A stretch of DNA of 64,000 bases from Paramoeba atlantica (Eukaryota > Protista > Discosea), in NCBI GenBank assembly GCA_977017575.1, contig CDRNVI010000009.1, forward strand, positions 434,001 to 498,000, written 5' to 3'. This document shows positions 50,227 to 60,229 of the stretch, piece after piece; within the stretch, counting starts at the first letter, position 1; each line of letters starts with the position of its first letter. A program made the position numbers and the translations under genes. Under the pieces are notes generated by a model. It searched no databases. It worked only from the letters and a program-made list of their open reading frames with translations, and was not told where the DNA came from.

Positions 50227-51932
50227 CCTCGGAGCACGTGGCAAAGTGCTTCGAGGAAGTGCCTTACCTTCGCAGGCACTCCGTTGTTTGTGCACGCCGC
50301 TCTTCACGGCTAGCCAAGGCACACGACGCTCACCTACCTTTGCACGTTAAGAAGTCGATACCTGTTATCCATTTGGATCAGGTTAAGGAGTGGATGAGTA
50401 TGTCAGCTGCCACTCGTTTTCGCAAGGTAGTGGATGAATTATTATGGGTACCTAAAGCCCCGTACCCCGAACCTAGTGTGAAAGGTTCATTGCCTGAGGC
50501 GGACGTCCGATTGTTGGAGGACGCAGGCATAATCTCCAAGGTCCCGGCGCAGGAGTTGAGAAAGCGCCCATCGATGCAGTTCATGATTCCCTTCACGGTT
50601 GTGGAGGCCGATGATCAGGGCAATCAGCGCAGAAGGTTTATTTCGTGGACAAGGGACGATAACGATAGATTAAAATCATATGAACCAAAGGTCCCATTAT
50701 ATCATCCCTCCAAGTATCTTCATAAGGCGCACGAGCCGATGGCTGTGAAGCGGGACTTCACATGCGGGTTTTACCAGATTGGTATCCCGAAGAGGGCGCG
50801 GCCCAAATTCCGCCTTAGAACGAACAGTGGAGACGTGTATGAGATGAACGTCCTCCCGATGGGCCATAGGTGTGCACCGGAGGTTATGCACACGGTTACC
50901 GCCGCGATTGCTGGCGAGGCGTCGATTTGTTCTCAGCGCTACTCGTTTCACCGAGGCGCTATCGACGTTTATGTTGACGGAGTTCGGTTTGCAGGAACCC
51001 ACTCCGAGGCCACCACGTACGCTCAGTTCATTGACGAGCGTTGCGACAAGGCGAACGGTCTTTTCAAAGATCGGGGTCAGCCCCCTGTAGCACAGTACGT
51101 GTTCAATGGGGTGGCATTCGACCATAACGCGCATACGGTCTGCCTGGGACCGCGAGTGATCAGGAAACTGCGAGCCGACTCTTTCTTCAACATTTCCTTT
51201 GTTGACCTAGAGGCGGTGGTGGGGCGCCTCATTTATGGCTCCGCAGTTCTCCGACTCAATATGCCGCGATTTTATTTCGCTTTGAAGGTGGCGCAACGGC
51301 GTATCAACTTGTTGAACCGTTGCCCGAAGTTATGTGACCGTCCGGTCGCACTCCCTGTCGTCACTCGCTCCATGCTAGCAGAGTGGAGAAACGAGTTGTT
51401 GGAGAATGTTCCACGGTCTCCACCTCCCCATCCCGATGTTGTTCCACACAAGCATCGTCTCTACACCGATGCCTCGGTGAAAGGATGGGGAGCGATTATG
51501 TATTTAGACAGCGGAGAGGTTTTGATTACGGGTGAGGCGTGGCCTGAGTCATCCTCGTATGAGGTGAACCGTGTGGAAGCTGCAGCAGTCCGCTTAGCCC
51601 TCGAGAAGTTTTCCGCGCATTGCCCCCGTGGAACCTGCTTGGATGTTTTTGTTGACAACACCTCCTGTCAGGTCGCACTGAACAGGAGGATCTCCAAGTC
51701 AGAGGGGGTTTCAATGGAATTGCGCGAAGTCCTGCGACTGACAGAGGACAAAGGTATTTGTGTCAAGGCAGCGTACATATCCACGGATGAGAACCCGGCG
51801 GATGCTGTCAGTCGCGGGAAGGAGATTGAGAGAGAGAAGGTTGAGAAATATAAAGGCAACATCGACAAATACAGCGATAATCAGCATCATCATATTGGTA
51901 AGCTAGACAGTCATATTGAAGGAAAACCCTAG
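49419..51932 (+). CDS. pol: V1b RT/RNase H
   Basis: Same motifs as 32250-35189; divergent C-terminal tail. Confidence 0.9.
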   Translation: MGDGHVGHKGAIVVPPARVLPGEGNHRESCKRGALPRDSASRYLNAHGVRRGIEDSVRAHGNRRYPIESLRKGPASAGGARTHAADASNHATSSKEAETSSRRKGEHVLPPVLESRCEMDRDRRPEAGAVRECGQSRGNHLLGQGDKDNPSESLLAVPLRDSDWPGDTRTGSVCGKFETRPAPVLHDGPGDGPQDESTSRSRVWNTFHKKRCNYLPIPRDLPRESQDGGRPEPHETPQRRITVALQRKQYYNGKGSRDAESLSTSPSAVTSEHVAKCFEEVPYLRRHSVVCARRSSRLAKAHDAHLPLHVKKSIPVIHLDQVKEWMSMSAATRFRKVVDELLWVPKAPYPEPSVKGSLPEADVRLLEDAGIISKVPAQELRKRPSMQFMIPFTVVEADDQGNQRRRFISWTRDDNDRLKSYEPKVPLYHPSKYLHKAHEPMAVKRDFTCGFYQIGIPKRARPKFRLRTNSGDVYEMNVLPMGHRCAPEVMHTVTAAIAGEASICSQRYSFHRGAIDVYVDGVRFAGTHSEATTYAQFIDERCDKANGLFKDRGQPPVAQYVFNGVAFDHNAHTVCLGPRVIRKLRADSFFNISFVDLEAVVGRLIYGSAVLRLNMPRFYFALKVAQRRINLLNRCPKLCDRPVALPVVTRSMLAEWRNELLENVPRSPPPHPDVVPHKHRLYTDASVKGWGAIMYLDSGEVLITGEAWPESSSYEVNRVEAAAVRLALEKFSAHCPRGTCLDVFVDNTSCQVALNRRISKSEGVSMELREVLRLTEDKGICVKAAYISTDENPADAVSRGKEIEREKVEKYKGNIDKYSDNQHHHIGKLDSHIEGKP

Positions 51933-52717
51933 GGGACAGGATCACCAAATACAAAAAAAAAAGACAAGAAAAAAAGAAAAAAAAACAAAGACAAGAAAAA
52001 AAGAAAAAAAACAAAGACAAGAAAAAAAGAAAAAAAACAAAGACAAAAAAAAAAAAAAAAAAAAAGAGAGCGGACGGGGTCCTAGGGTTTGGAGGTTGTC
52101 CCTATAATTTTGGAAGGTTATGGATGTTAATCGGTTGACAAACTTTATCCTCACGCCTTGGTTTTTGAAAACAAGGTTCCCCAATGTGAGATAAAGGTGA
52201 GTAAAGTTTTCTTTACTCTGCGATTAGCGCCTTAATGTTTTTAACCGCGTCACTGTTGACACGGCCGTACACCACGTCTATTTGCTCCACACTTCTAGGT
52301 CCCAAGTTGGTGCATGGGCAGAGGTTGAAAGCGTAACCTGTGTAGCTCGTGTGAGCTTGTAAAGGGCGTGGTAATGGACTGGTCATCTATTGCTATCGTT
52401 ATCCTTTTGTGAGCTCTGCATATTTTGATATTTTCTATCTATTAATATTTGACTACGTGATTGGGCATTTTGCGTTTATTGTGACGTGTGTGTGGGCAGG
52501 TTGGCCGAGGGTTCCGGTGGGGGGGAACCCGGTTAACAGAGTGACATTGATTGTGTTGTTTTATGCAGGCTTGTTTCTTTTCCATCTTTGTGCGTGTGAA
52601 ATGAATGAATGATATGTTGTGTCATTTTGAATTACGATTGAGCTATTCATAGTTGTTCATTTATTCATATATGTTATCAGTGTATATGTTTCCAGGGAGC
52701 CCCTCGGCGTGGATTTC

Positions 52718-54090
52718 GAGATAGTAATTGGCGCATTTACAATCAATAACCTTACGCGACAATTCGACTCCAGGGTATCAGATACGCTACAGACGTGGTT
52801 TGGAGAACTCACAGCAGAACAACTTTCTTGGGCACGCCTTCCCCTCAAAAAAGGCGGGCTTGGACTTACTCCCTCAGAACCTCTTCGAGAGGCAGCCTAC
52901 ACTCGTTCGAAACTTGCAGCAACGGAGCGACCATCTCGCCTTTCAGCTCCCGCCGCTCGTTTAGGCGTAGTGCAGAGCCAACCTCAACTCAGCCAGCACG
53001 CCCCTACGGAGGAAGAAGAAGTCACCGAGGAACTCTACCACAACGACATACGGGACAAATTAATGACAGACAAAACGCAAGCCCACATAATACGAGCAGC
53101 TAGCTCCAAAGGTAACTATTCATGGCTCACCTCAAATTCTAGACTTGTACCTACGCGACTTTTCAAGTTAGCAGTTATGCCACGCATTGGGATTGCACAT
53201 CCGAGCCTCCCCTCCAATTTACAGTGTCCAGGGTGCCATGCATTACTTACCCCCCGTACAGCGCTCACGCACGTGTCCGGGTGCGTCAAATGTTCAGGCA
53301 ATAACGCAACGGCAAAGCACAACAGGATGGTTCGGAATATTTATGAATTATGCATAAAATCAGGTCTGCCCTGTGAGCTGGAACCCAGACAGTTCTCCAC
53401 CTATACCTGCGCAAAATGTGGAGCAAGCGTGGATGGCGACGGCAAATCCCATCACCTAAGAACCTGCGGATCCGGATCTTTTTATCATTCGGGCCCAGAT
53501 ATCGTGATTCATTGGGCAAGCGGAGATGTATACTACGATTTCACCATCGTCCACGAGCTATCGCAATCAAATGTTGGACGTAGCACCGCTCAGCTTTTCC
53601 GTGATGCCATAAAACGCAAAGTCTCCAAATACGTGGCGTCTAAGCTTATTCCTAATGAGCAATTCCAATGTGTACCAATGCTCTCCGGCGGTGCAATGCA
53701 CAGCAACACCAAAGCTCTTATCACAACCCTGGCTGATGCATGTGGACTCGAACGGGACTTCGTAGTACAGGATTTCACCCTTCGACTACAGGAACTTAAC
53801 GGTTCAGTGGTGATGTCCCAACTCCGCAAATACATAGCCACAACTCAAGTGGACAATACGGCTTTTTAGGCACGTGCGAGTTTTTCGGTAGGCGTTGACT
53901 ATTGATATAAGAGTTGAAGTTTAGACGACTGAAAGTCTATAAAAAAAAATTGATTTTATTTTGAATTGTAACATTCAAGGTCATAATATTCAGATCCCTG
54001 TTCCTAACAACGTTCCATCCCGTGACGAAATAGCAAAAGCAGTCTTTGGTTTCGCCACAATGAAGCCCTTTCAAAGAGTGTTTGCGGCGC
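52718..54090 (+). mobile_element. Retrocopy Z0 (X 3' end + Y 3' end + A9 + filler + 80-bp RT snippet) inside V1b B1, giving a 1862-bp tandem unit
   Basis: 52718-53940 = 54580-55802. Snippet 54011-54089 encodes SRDEIAKAVFGFATMKPFQRVFAA. Confidence 0.7.
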
Positions 54091-54618
54091 AATAGTTGTT
54101 CATTTATTCATATATGTTATCAGTGTATATGTTTCCAGGGAGCCCCTCGGCGTGGATTTCTAATAGTTCACGTTTTGAAATTTAGCCGAGGGGCGGCTAT
54201 ATATTTGCCTGCTGGCCCTTCGGGGCACATAATTTTCTCAAATTATGATGTAGTATTCTCTAATTGCATGGAGGGGGGTGTTTACTCGTTTGTTATATTC
54301 TTGTTAGGTTGTTATTTTGTTACGTTTAAAGTTTTGTGCCCACCCACCGAGCCCCCAGCCATTTGGCCGAGGGTTCCGGTGGGGGGGAACCCCGTTAACA
54401 GAGTGACATTGATTGTGTTGTTTTATGCAGGCTTGTTTCTTTTCCATCTTTGTGCGTGTGAAATGAATGAATGATATGTTGTGTCATTTTGAATTACGAT
54501 TGAGCTATTCATAGTTGTTCATTTATTCATATATGTTATCAGTGTATATGTTTCCAGGGAGCCCCTCGGCGTGGATTTCGAGATAGTAATTGGCGCATTT
54601 ACAATCAATAACCTTACG

Positions 54619-55731
54619 CGACAATTCGACTCCAGGGTATCAGATACGCTACAGACGTGGTTTGGAGAACTCACAGCAGAACAACTTTCTTGGGCACGCC
54701 TTCCCCTCAAAAAAGGCGGGCTTGGACTTACTCCCCCAGAACCTCTTCGAGAGGCAGCCTACACTCGTTCGAAACTTGCAGCAACGGAGCGACCATCTCG
54801 CCTTTCAGCTCCCGCCGCTCGTTTAGGCGTAGTGCAGAGCCAACCTCAACTCAGCCAGCACGCCCCTACGGAGGAAGAAGAAGTCACCGAGGAACTCTAC
54901 CACAACGACATACGGGACAAATTAATGACAGACAAAACGCAAGCCCACATAATACGAGCAGCTAGCTCCAAAGGTAACTATTCATGGCTCACCTCAAATT
55001 CTAGACTTGTACCTACGCGACTTTTCAAGTTAGCAGTTATGCCACGCATTGGGATTGCACATCCGAGCCTCCCCTCCAATTTACAGTGTCCAGGGTGCCA
55101 TGCATTACTTACCCCCCGTACAGCGCTCACGCACGTGTCCGGGTGCGTCAAATGTTCAGGCAATAACGCAACGGCAAAGCACAACAGGATGGTTCGGAAT
55201 ATTTATGAATTATGCATAAAATCAGGTCTGCCCTGTGAGCTGGAACCCAGACAGTTCTCCACCTATACTTGCGCAAAATGTGGAGCAAGCGTGGATGGCG
55301 ACGGCAAATCCCATCACCTAAGAACCTGCGGATCCGGATCTTTTTATCATTCGGGCCCAGATATCGTGATTCATTGGGCAAGCGGAGATGTATACTACGA
55401 TTTCACCATCGTCCACGAGCTATCGCAATCAAATGTTGGACGTAGCACCGCTCAGCTTTTCCGTGATGCCATAAAACGCAAAGTCTCCAAATACGTGGCG
55501 TCTAAGCTTATTCCTAATGAGCAATTCCAATGTGTACCAATGCTCTCCGGCGGTGCAATGCACAGCAACACCAAAGCTCTTATCACAACCCTGGCTGATG
55601 CATGTGGACTGGAACGGGACTTCGTAGTACAGGATTTCACCCTTCGACTACAGGAACTTAACGGTTCAGTGGTGATGTCCCAACTCCGCAAATACATAGC
55701 CACAACTCAAGTGGACAATACGGCTTTTTAG
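54619..55731 (+). pseudogene. Y C-terminal part (thumb, Zn knuckles, RLE)
   Basis: KKGGLGL, CPGC..HVSGCVKC, KHN, GPDIVIHW..YYDFTIV. Confidence 0.88.
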
Positions 55732-55889
55732 GCACGTGCGAGTTTTTCGGTAGGCGTTGACTATTGATATAAGAGTTGAAGTTTAGACGACTGAAAGTCT
55801 ATGAAAAGAAACTGAGATGAATGTTCACAGACAGTGACACTAACAAAAGAAAGGGTCTTAACAAAAGAAAGGGTCTTAACAAAAAAAAA

Positions 55890-57637
55890 AAAAGTCACGG
55901 CGTGTAACGCCGTTATCCGTATCCCCCTTCCCGTGCAAAAGGCTGACAGGCGCTCCCATATTCGTGCCCGTGCCCGCCACGTCGAAACGCTCCATATTGC
56001 CCCCATTGCATCGAGAGCCATCCTTATTTCGGGACTCATTATTGTCACACCCAGCAATAACTTCATCAATTTCTGCCTTTCCGGCACCTTCTGCTCCAAA
56101 CTTAGCGTCCCGCCGTATAAAGTCCCAGATCTGAGATATCTTCCTCTTGAGTTCTTTGCACTCACTACACCCACGTGATTCTTCTATATCCTTCGTTTCT
56201 TCGTCACTTGCATAAATTGTATCCTTTTTCTTTTGAAAACTGTTACTGTACTGTTCACTTGCGTAAAAGGTTTGTGGTTTCGGTTGGTATTTATTGTAGT
56301 ACTGGCCGTTCGGGTGGGAACGTTTCAGAAGTTTTTGCTGCCTTGTGCAGGGCCAGCCACCCTCGAACGAAAACCCTGCTGAAACCGTTTAGGACAATTT
56401 CTCCACATGTGGTCAGGGGAACGACAACCATAACACAATAAAGGAGCTCGCTGTTGAGGCACAAAATTCTGGCGCGCATTTCCTTGAAAACTTGCCTTTG
56501 AGTGGAAGACCCCTGATCCGGAAAATCCCACTTGGCGGGCATACTGCTTCTGGCGATCAACTAATTGCTCACTGACAAGATGGTAGAACTTATCATTCGG
56601 ACGGACGTCTTTTTGCAATTTTTGATGCACGAGATCCACGTCAATGCGCCGGGCTCGCCAATATGCATCGCGCATCGTCTGAATGATTGCTTTTCCCATT
56701 TCCAAGTAAACTCCCTGATCCCAACCTTGAGTCATCCGCGCAAAAAGAATCCACTTGCAAAAAACATTTTCAAAAAATCGTTCTTGTTGCTTCAGAAAAG
56801 TCCGGTCGGTGAAAAACTGGTTCACGCGAAGTCCAAATTCTGGTGCTTCTCGCAGTTCTCGCATCAAATCCCGTACGCGAAATCCCCCGTCATCAAAGGC
56901 GTTAATCCATGGGGTGAACGTAATCGGCTCGTAAGGATCCAGGCCGTTAGGGTCCAAATTGGCACTCGGCCCGAAAGAAATTCCAGTTTCCACAGTATCA
57001 GCATTAACAATAGCCTCGTTTGTCCCCCCACCATCCGGGAAATTCTGACTAGTACGTAATCCATTGGCGGTCGACCCTTGTTCTAGCCCCGTAGTCGCCG
57101 GAGGATCATCTATGATCGAAATGTCGTAATAGTACAAGTCGGCGTGCGGAAATGGATACTCTTTTGAGGGTTCATTATCCCAGACACCCCATAATTCAAT
57201 CCCTTCTTTTCGAATCTTACCTTGCACAACTTGCATTGCCTCAGAAGAAGAGTCCTTGCGTCGAAATTTGGCCCTAACATTGACCCCCACCCTACTCAAC
57301 AGTTTTTCTCGGGCAACAGTGCACACCAAACTCAGCTCCTGCTGCGACAACGGCTCGGTAGGCTCGGGCCGTTGCACTGCAGGAGACGAACTGCGCGATG
57401 ACCGTAAATTTCGGGTAGAGTGAAGTTCGAGTTGTGTCATCGCAACTTTCCTTTTGCGAGTGGAAAAAGATTATAAGTCACTAGAGTAAAATAATGTATA
57501 GTATAGTATGCTAAAATTATAATTACATGGTTCCCCCCGGAGGGGGCAAAATCAGGTACATATATGTATATGTGTCCCGTAGGGCCACGGTCAAAGAATA
57601 AATATTTTATTCAAGCAATTCTTTCCGTAAACTCTAA
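55890..57637 (-). mobile_element. VIPER-like V2, 5' half (A1 57637-57442, gag, YR N-terminal part 56174-55890)
   Basis: RITALHAV|TFLASLQ rejoins 15300 in frame. Confidence 0.9.
56325..57440 (-). CDS. gag: V2 Gag-like protein with CCHC knuckle (371 aa)
   Basis: CYGCRSPDHMWRNC. YPFPHADLYYY and PWI..D...ELREAP shared with V1 Gag. Confidence 0.85.
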   Translation of the reverse strand: MTQLELHSTRNLRSSRSSSPAVQRPEPTEPLSQQELSLVCTVAREKLLSRVGVNVRAKFRRKDSSSEAMQVVQGKIRKEGIELWGVWDNEPSKEYPFPHADLYYYDISIIDDPPATTGLEQGSTANGLRTSQNFPDGGGTNEAIVNADTVETGISFGPSANLDPNGLDPYEPITFTPWINAFDDGGFRVRDLMRELREAPEFGLRVNQFFTDRTFLKQQERFFENVFCKWILFARMTQGWDQGVYLEMGKAIIQTMRDAYWRARRIDVDLVHQKLQKDVRPNDKFYHLVSEQLVDRQKQYARQVGFSGSGVFHSKASFQGNARQNFVPQQRAPLLCYGCRSPDHMWRNCPKRFQQGFRSRVAGPAQGSKNF

Positions 57638-57914
57638 TTCTATCGCTTGAAGGTACACAATTGTGGGCCAAATGGACGACGAACCCAAGCCGGAAGTACC
57701 GGTTTCCCCATCGCGATATCTATTACTATGATCTTGTCTACTCGGTTGGGCGGGTATCGATTGATGATGAATGATGAATTAGGCAATATATCTCCGAGGA
57801 GATGTTACCTCCCTAGAACAAGCCTCCCCTTATCGCTTGCTAGGAGCTGTGCCACGCAGCACGCAAGTCAAATCCGAAGATTTGACCAGATCGAGCGCGA
57901 GCAGCCAGCTTATC

Positions 57915-58240
57915 TTTTTTTTTTATCCCCTTTTATATACTACAAGAAAATATTCTTTATGAAAAAACACTTCTTTTGAAGTGAAAAACACAACACACTC
58001 CAAAGATTATGCTGAATGACACCCACCCTAGTTTCTTAGTACCTTGTTATATCCGGTACCGGGCGGTGTCATTCTCACGCTGCGATGTCTGGGTGACCGT
58101 TACCCTAGTTATTTTGTGACTTGTTTTGTTGGCACCGGGTAGCGTCATCCGCGGGACCTTGATCGTACCCACCCTAGGTATGTAGCGTCTTGTTGTGCGA
58201 CGCCGGGTGAGTTAGATAGGGAAGCTGGGGTCGCTACGCC
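57915..58240 (-). other. 3' end of an unassigned element: three covarying hairpins followed by poly(A)
   Basis: Modules at 58014-58074, 58092-58149 and 58157-58221; T-run 57915-57924. Confidence 0.65.
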
Positions 58241-58389
58241 CCATCATTCGACAAAAGTCGAATGCCCTGCGGGTATCGATTGAGCCGGTTATTTCCTTGC
58301 GGCGACTGAACAAGCTGGACAGCAGGCCTGTTGACAATAGGTTAGCGCTTTTGATTGTTACAGAGCATTTGTTTCCTGCAGTTGACGGG

Positions 58390-58767
58390 GGGCCCACTCG
58401 CGGGGGAATCGACCCGGTGCACGTTTCAGAAGCTGTTTCGGAGCTTTGATTCGGAGCCTCCTCCACCGAATTCTTAGCCTTATCCTTTTTCTGTCGCAGT
58501 GCCTCATGGAATTCCCAGCGCATTTGTTTGCGTTCCTTCCTCTTTAGGAAAATCTCTTCGTCGGAGAGTATCCGCGCAGTGGGATTCAAAGGTCGAAGAA
58601 CAATGTCGTCGATAGGTACCTCTACTTCTTCGGCTCGTACCGCTACACGTGGTGAGTGTGACACTTGTGTTTGTAGTGGCGGTGGTGGCGGCGGTGGTGA
58701 TTGTAGTGGTAGAAGCTCTGATTGTGGGGGCGATGTTGGCGATGGTGGCTGTTTTGGTGGCGGCGGC

Positions 58768-58801
<34 letters not shown>

Positions 58802-58975
58802 GCGGCCGTGGTGGTGAATCTTCGGGTGGTGCTGGTGGTATTGGCGGCAACGTCGGCATCTCTTTCTTTTTCCGTCGCGTCGTGGGAAGCGATTGGACAA
58901 CGGGAGCTACCCCCGTGTCCTTCGCCTTGGCACGCGTTAGCATGCCCATTTCGAATAAAAGTTTAATATAAAACA
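58390..58975 (-). pseudogene. CRE-A 5' fragment (ATG 58949, Pro-rich)
   Basis: MGMLTRAKAKDTG start; IDDIVLRPLNPTARI resembles Y TDEEILRPLNPSAVI. Confidence 0.8.
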
Positions 58976-59229
58976 ACTGAAAGCCAACACACATATATGA
59001 TCTTCACACATATATGATCCGTCAAGCTTGCGTTTTGACTTGTCTGTGTCACGAGTAACGGCCTCCTGGCCCTCTTCTGATTTCCGTCGGTGCTCACATA
59101 TCGAGCACCGTTCATACAAACTTTATGCGCGAAGCGCACAAGTATCCTGGCAATTTCGCTCGCTGCCTCTTCAAGGCTCGAGCACGAGTAGGAATTTTTG
59201 GGGTGGGGGACAATCCCTATTGGATCGTC

Positions 59230-60080
59230 CGGGCGAAACATCACCTTCCCCCCTTCTCTCGTGAGAGAAACTACCTCCAAAAATAACTAGAACAGAACTT
59301 ACAAGTAAATGAATAAATAAATAGATAAATAGATAAATAGATAAATAAATACGCTAACCTGGAAATGTCTATAAGTATTTCGTATTGGCGCTACCTCCCA
59401 TTGTATGGGGGTAGTTCTAACTAAGCTTACGCGTCTTTGTAAGCTAAATCTTATAATTCTATATATTTAATATTTGACCTACGATAGTGCTTTGCTCATT
59501 TGAGAACACAGCACAGTGCCGTTTAACTCCTGGAGGTGCATTATGAAATCTTGCACAACGATATCGCGATCACGCCCGCTAGCATCGGCCAGAGATTTCA
59601 GGAGAGCCAGGCCACTTTTGTTCATTGCTCCTCCGGCGAGTATTGATACGCATGTAAATTTTTCATGAGGTATTAGATCCGAGTTAACATACGTGTCGAC
59701 TTTGCGTTTTTCGGCTTCCTGCATTAGCTGATTGCTCCGTTTACCGAGATTCGTCTTGGATATTTCATTTATGATAGTGAGGTCATAGAATATCTCACCG
59801 GACGCCCAGTAAATTGCTAAGTCTGGTCCGCTGCGATGAAAGGATGCGGTTCCACACTTTTTCTGATGTTCATGTTTGCGCTGTTCATTCACCGATTCAT
59901 TACATTTCAGGCATCGATAAGTGGTGAATTGTCTCGGTTTCCGCTCGCATGGGACTCCGGTCTGAAGACAGAGGTCGTAAATATGACGAACGAGAGCATG
60001 ATGTCGTGTTGTCGCATTAGCGCCTGTGCATTTAACGCAACCGAGCAAGTGTGCTAGAAAGTGTTTTGATTCGTCCGTCT
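59230..60080 (-). mobile_element. 5'-truncated copy of the W 3' end (Zn, RLE, 3' UTR)
   Basis: Near-identical to about 3045-3870. Confidence 0.9.
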
Positions 60081-60141
60081 TTCGCCGCGACGGAACGTTG
60101 TCTGCGTCTGTGCAGCGCCACTCGCCACCCCCCGGGAGAAA

Positions 60142-60220
60142 ACAATAAGGAAAGGTCTTACAATAAGGAAAGGTCTTACAATAAGGAAAGGTCTTAAAAT
60201 AAGGAAAGGTCTTACAATAA
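60142..60220. repeat. 18-bp tandem repeat (acaataaggaaaggtctt) x about 4.5 at an element junction
   Basis: Read directly. Confidence 0.9.
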
Positions 60221-60229
60221 GAAACATTC

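Larger units (their letters stand above)
49055..54579 (+). mobile_element. VIPER-like V1b copy 3 (gag deleted at 49140/49141; no CRE-B passenger; B1 interrupted by retrocopy Z0)
   Basis: A1 remnant 49055-49140; B1 from 52501; A2-B2 54161-54579; B-type spacer sequence. Confidence 0.85.
30181..54610 (+). mobile_element. CRE-A element X with nested insertions (own pieces: 30181-30678, 39281-39902, 45475-49054, 54580-54610)
   Basis: TSD accttacg at 30173-30180 and 54611-54618. In-frame joins PVQHTPR|MDEVERN and KASETTE|NNKVQKQ. Confidence 0.85.
15301..55889 (+). mobile_element. CRE-A element Y with all nested insertions (own pieces: 15301-15520, 18674-20119, 28730-30180, 54619-55889)
   Basis: The 5' end (ttgttgatttttatt...ATGGGCATG) follows aaaagtca (15293-15300). 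The A-tailed 3' end precedes aaaagtca (55890-55897). Pieces rejoin in frame at each junction. Confidence 0.85.

Noticed and set aside
57638-57910. Degenerate RT (LLALDLVKSSD) possibly continuing at 12043 as the V2 target
   Set aside because: Multiple stops, no second motif, and flanks do not demonstrably rejoin.
60142-60220. Short tandem repeats as CRISPR or telomeric arrays
   Set aside because: No spacers, no cas genes; few copies, each different and confined to junctions.
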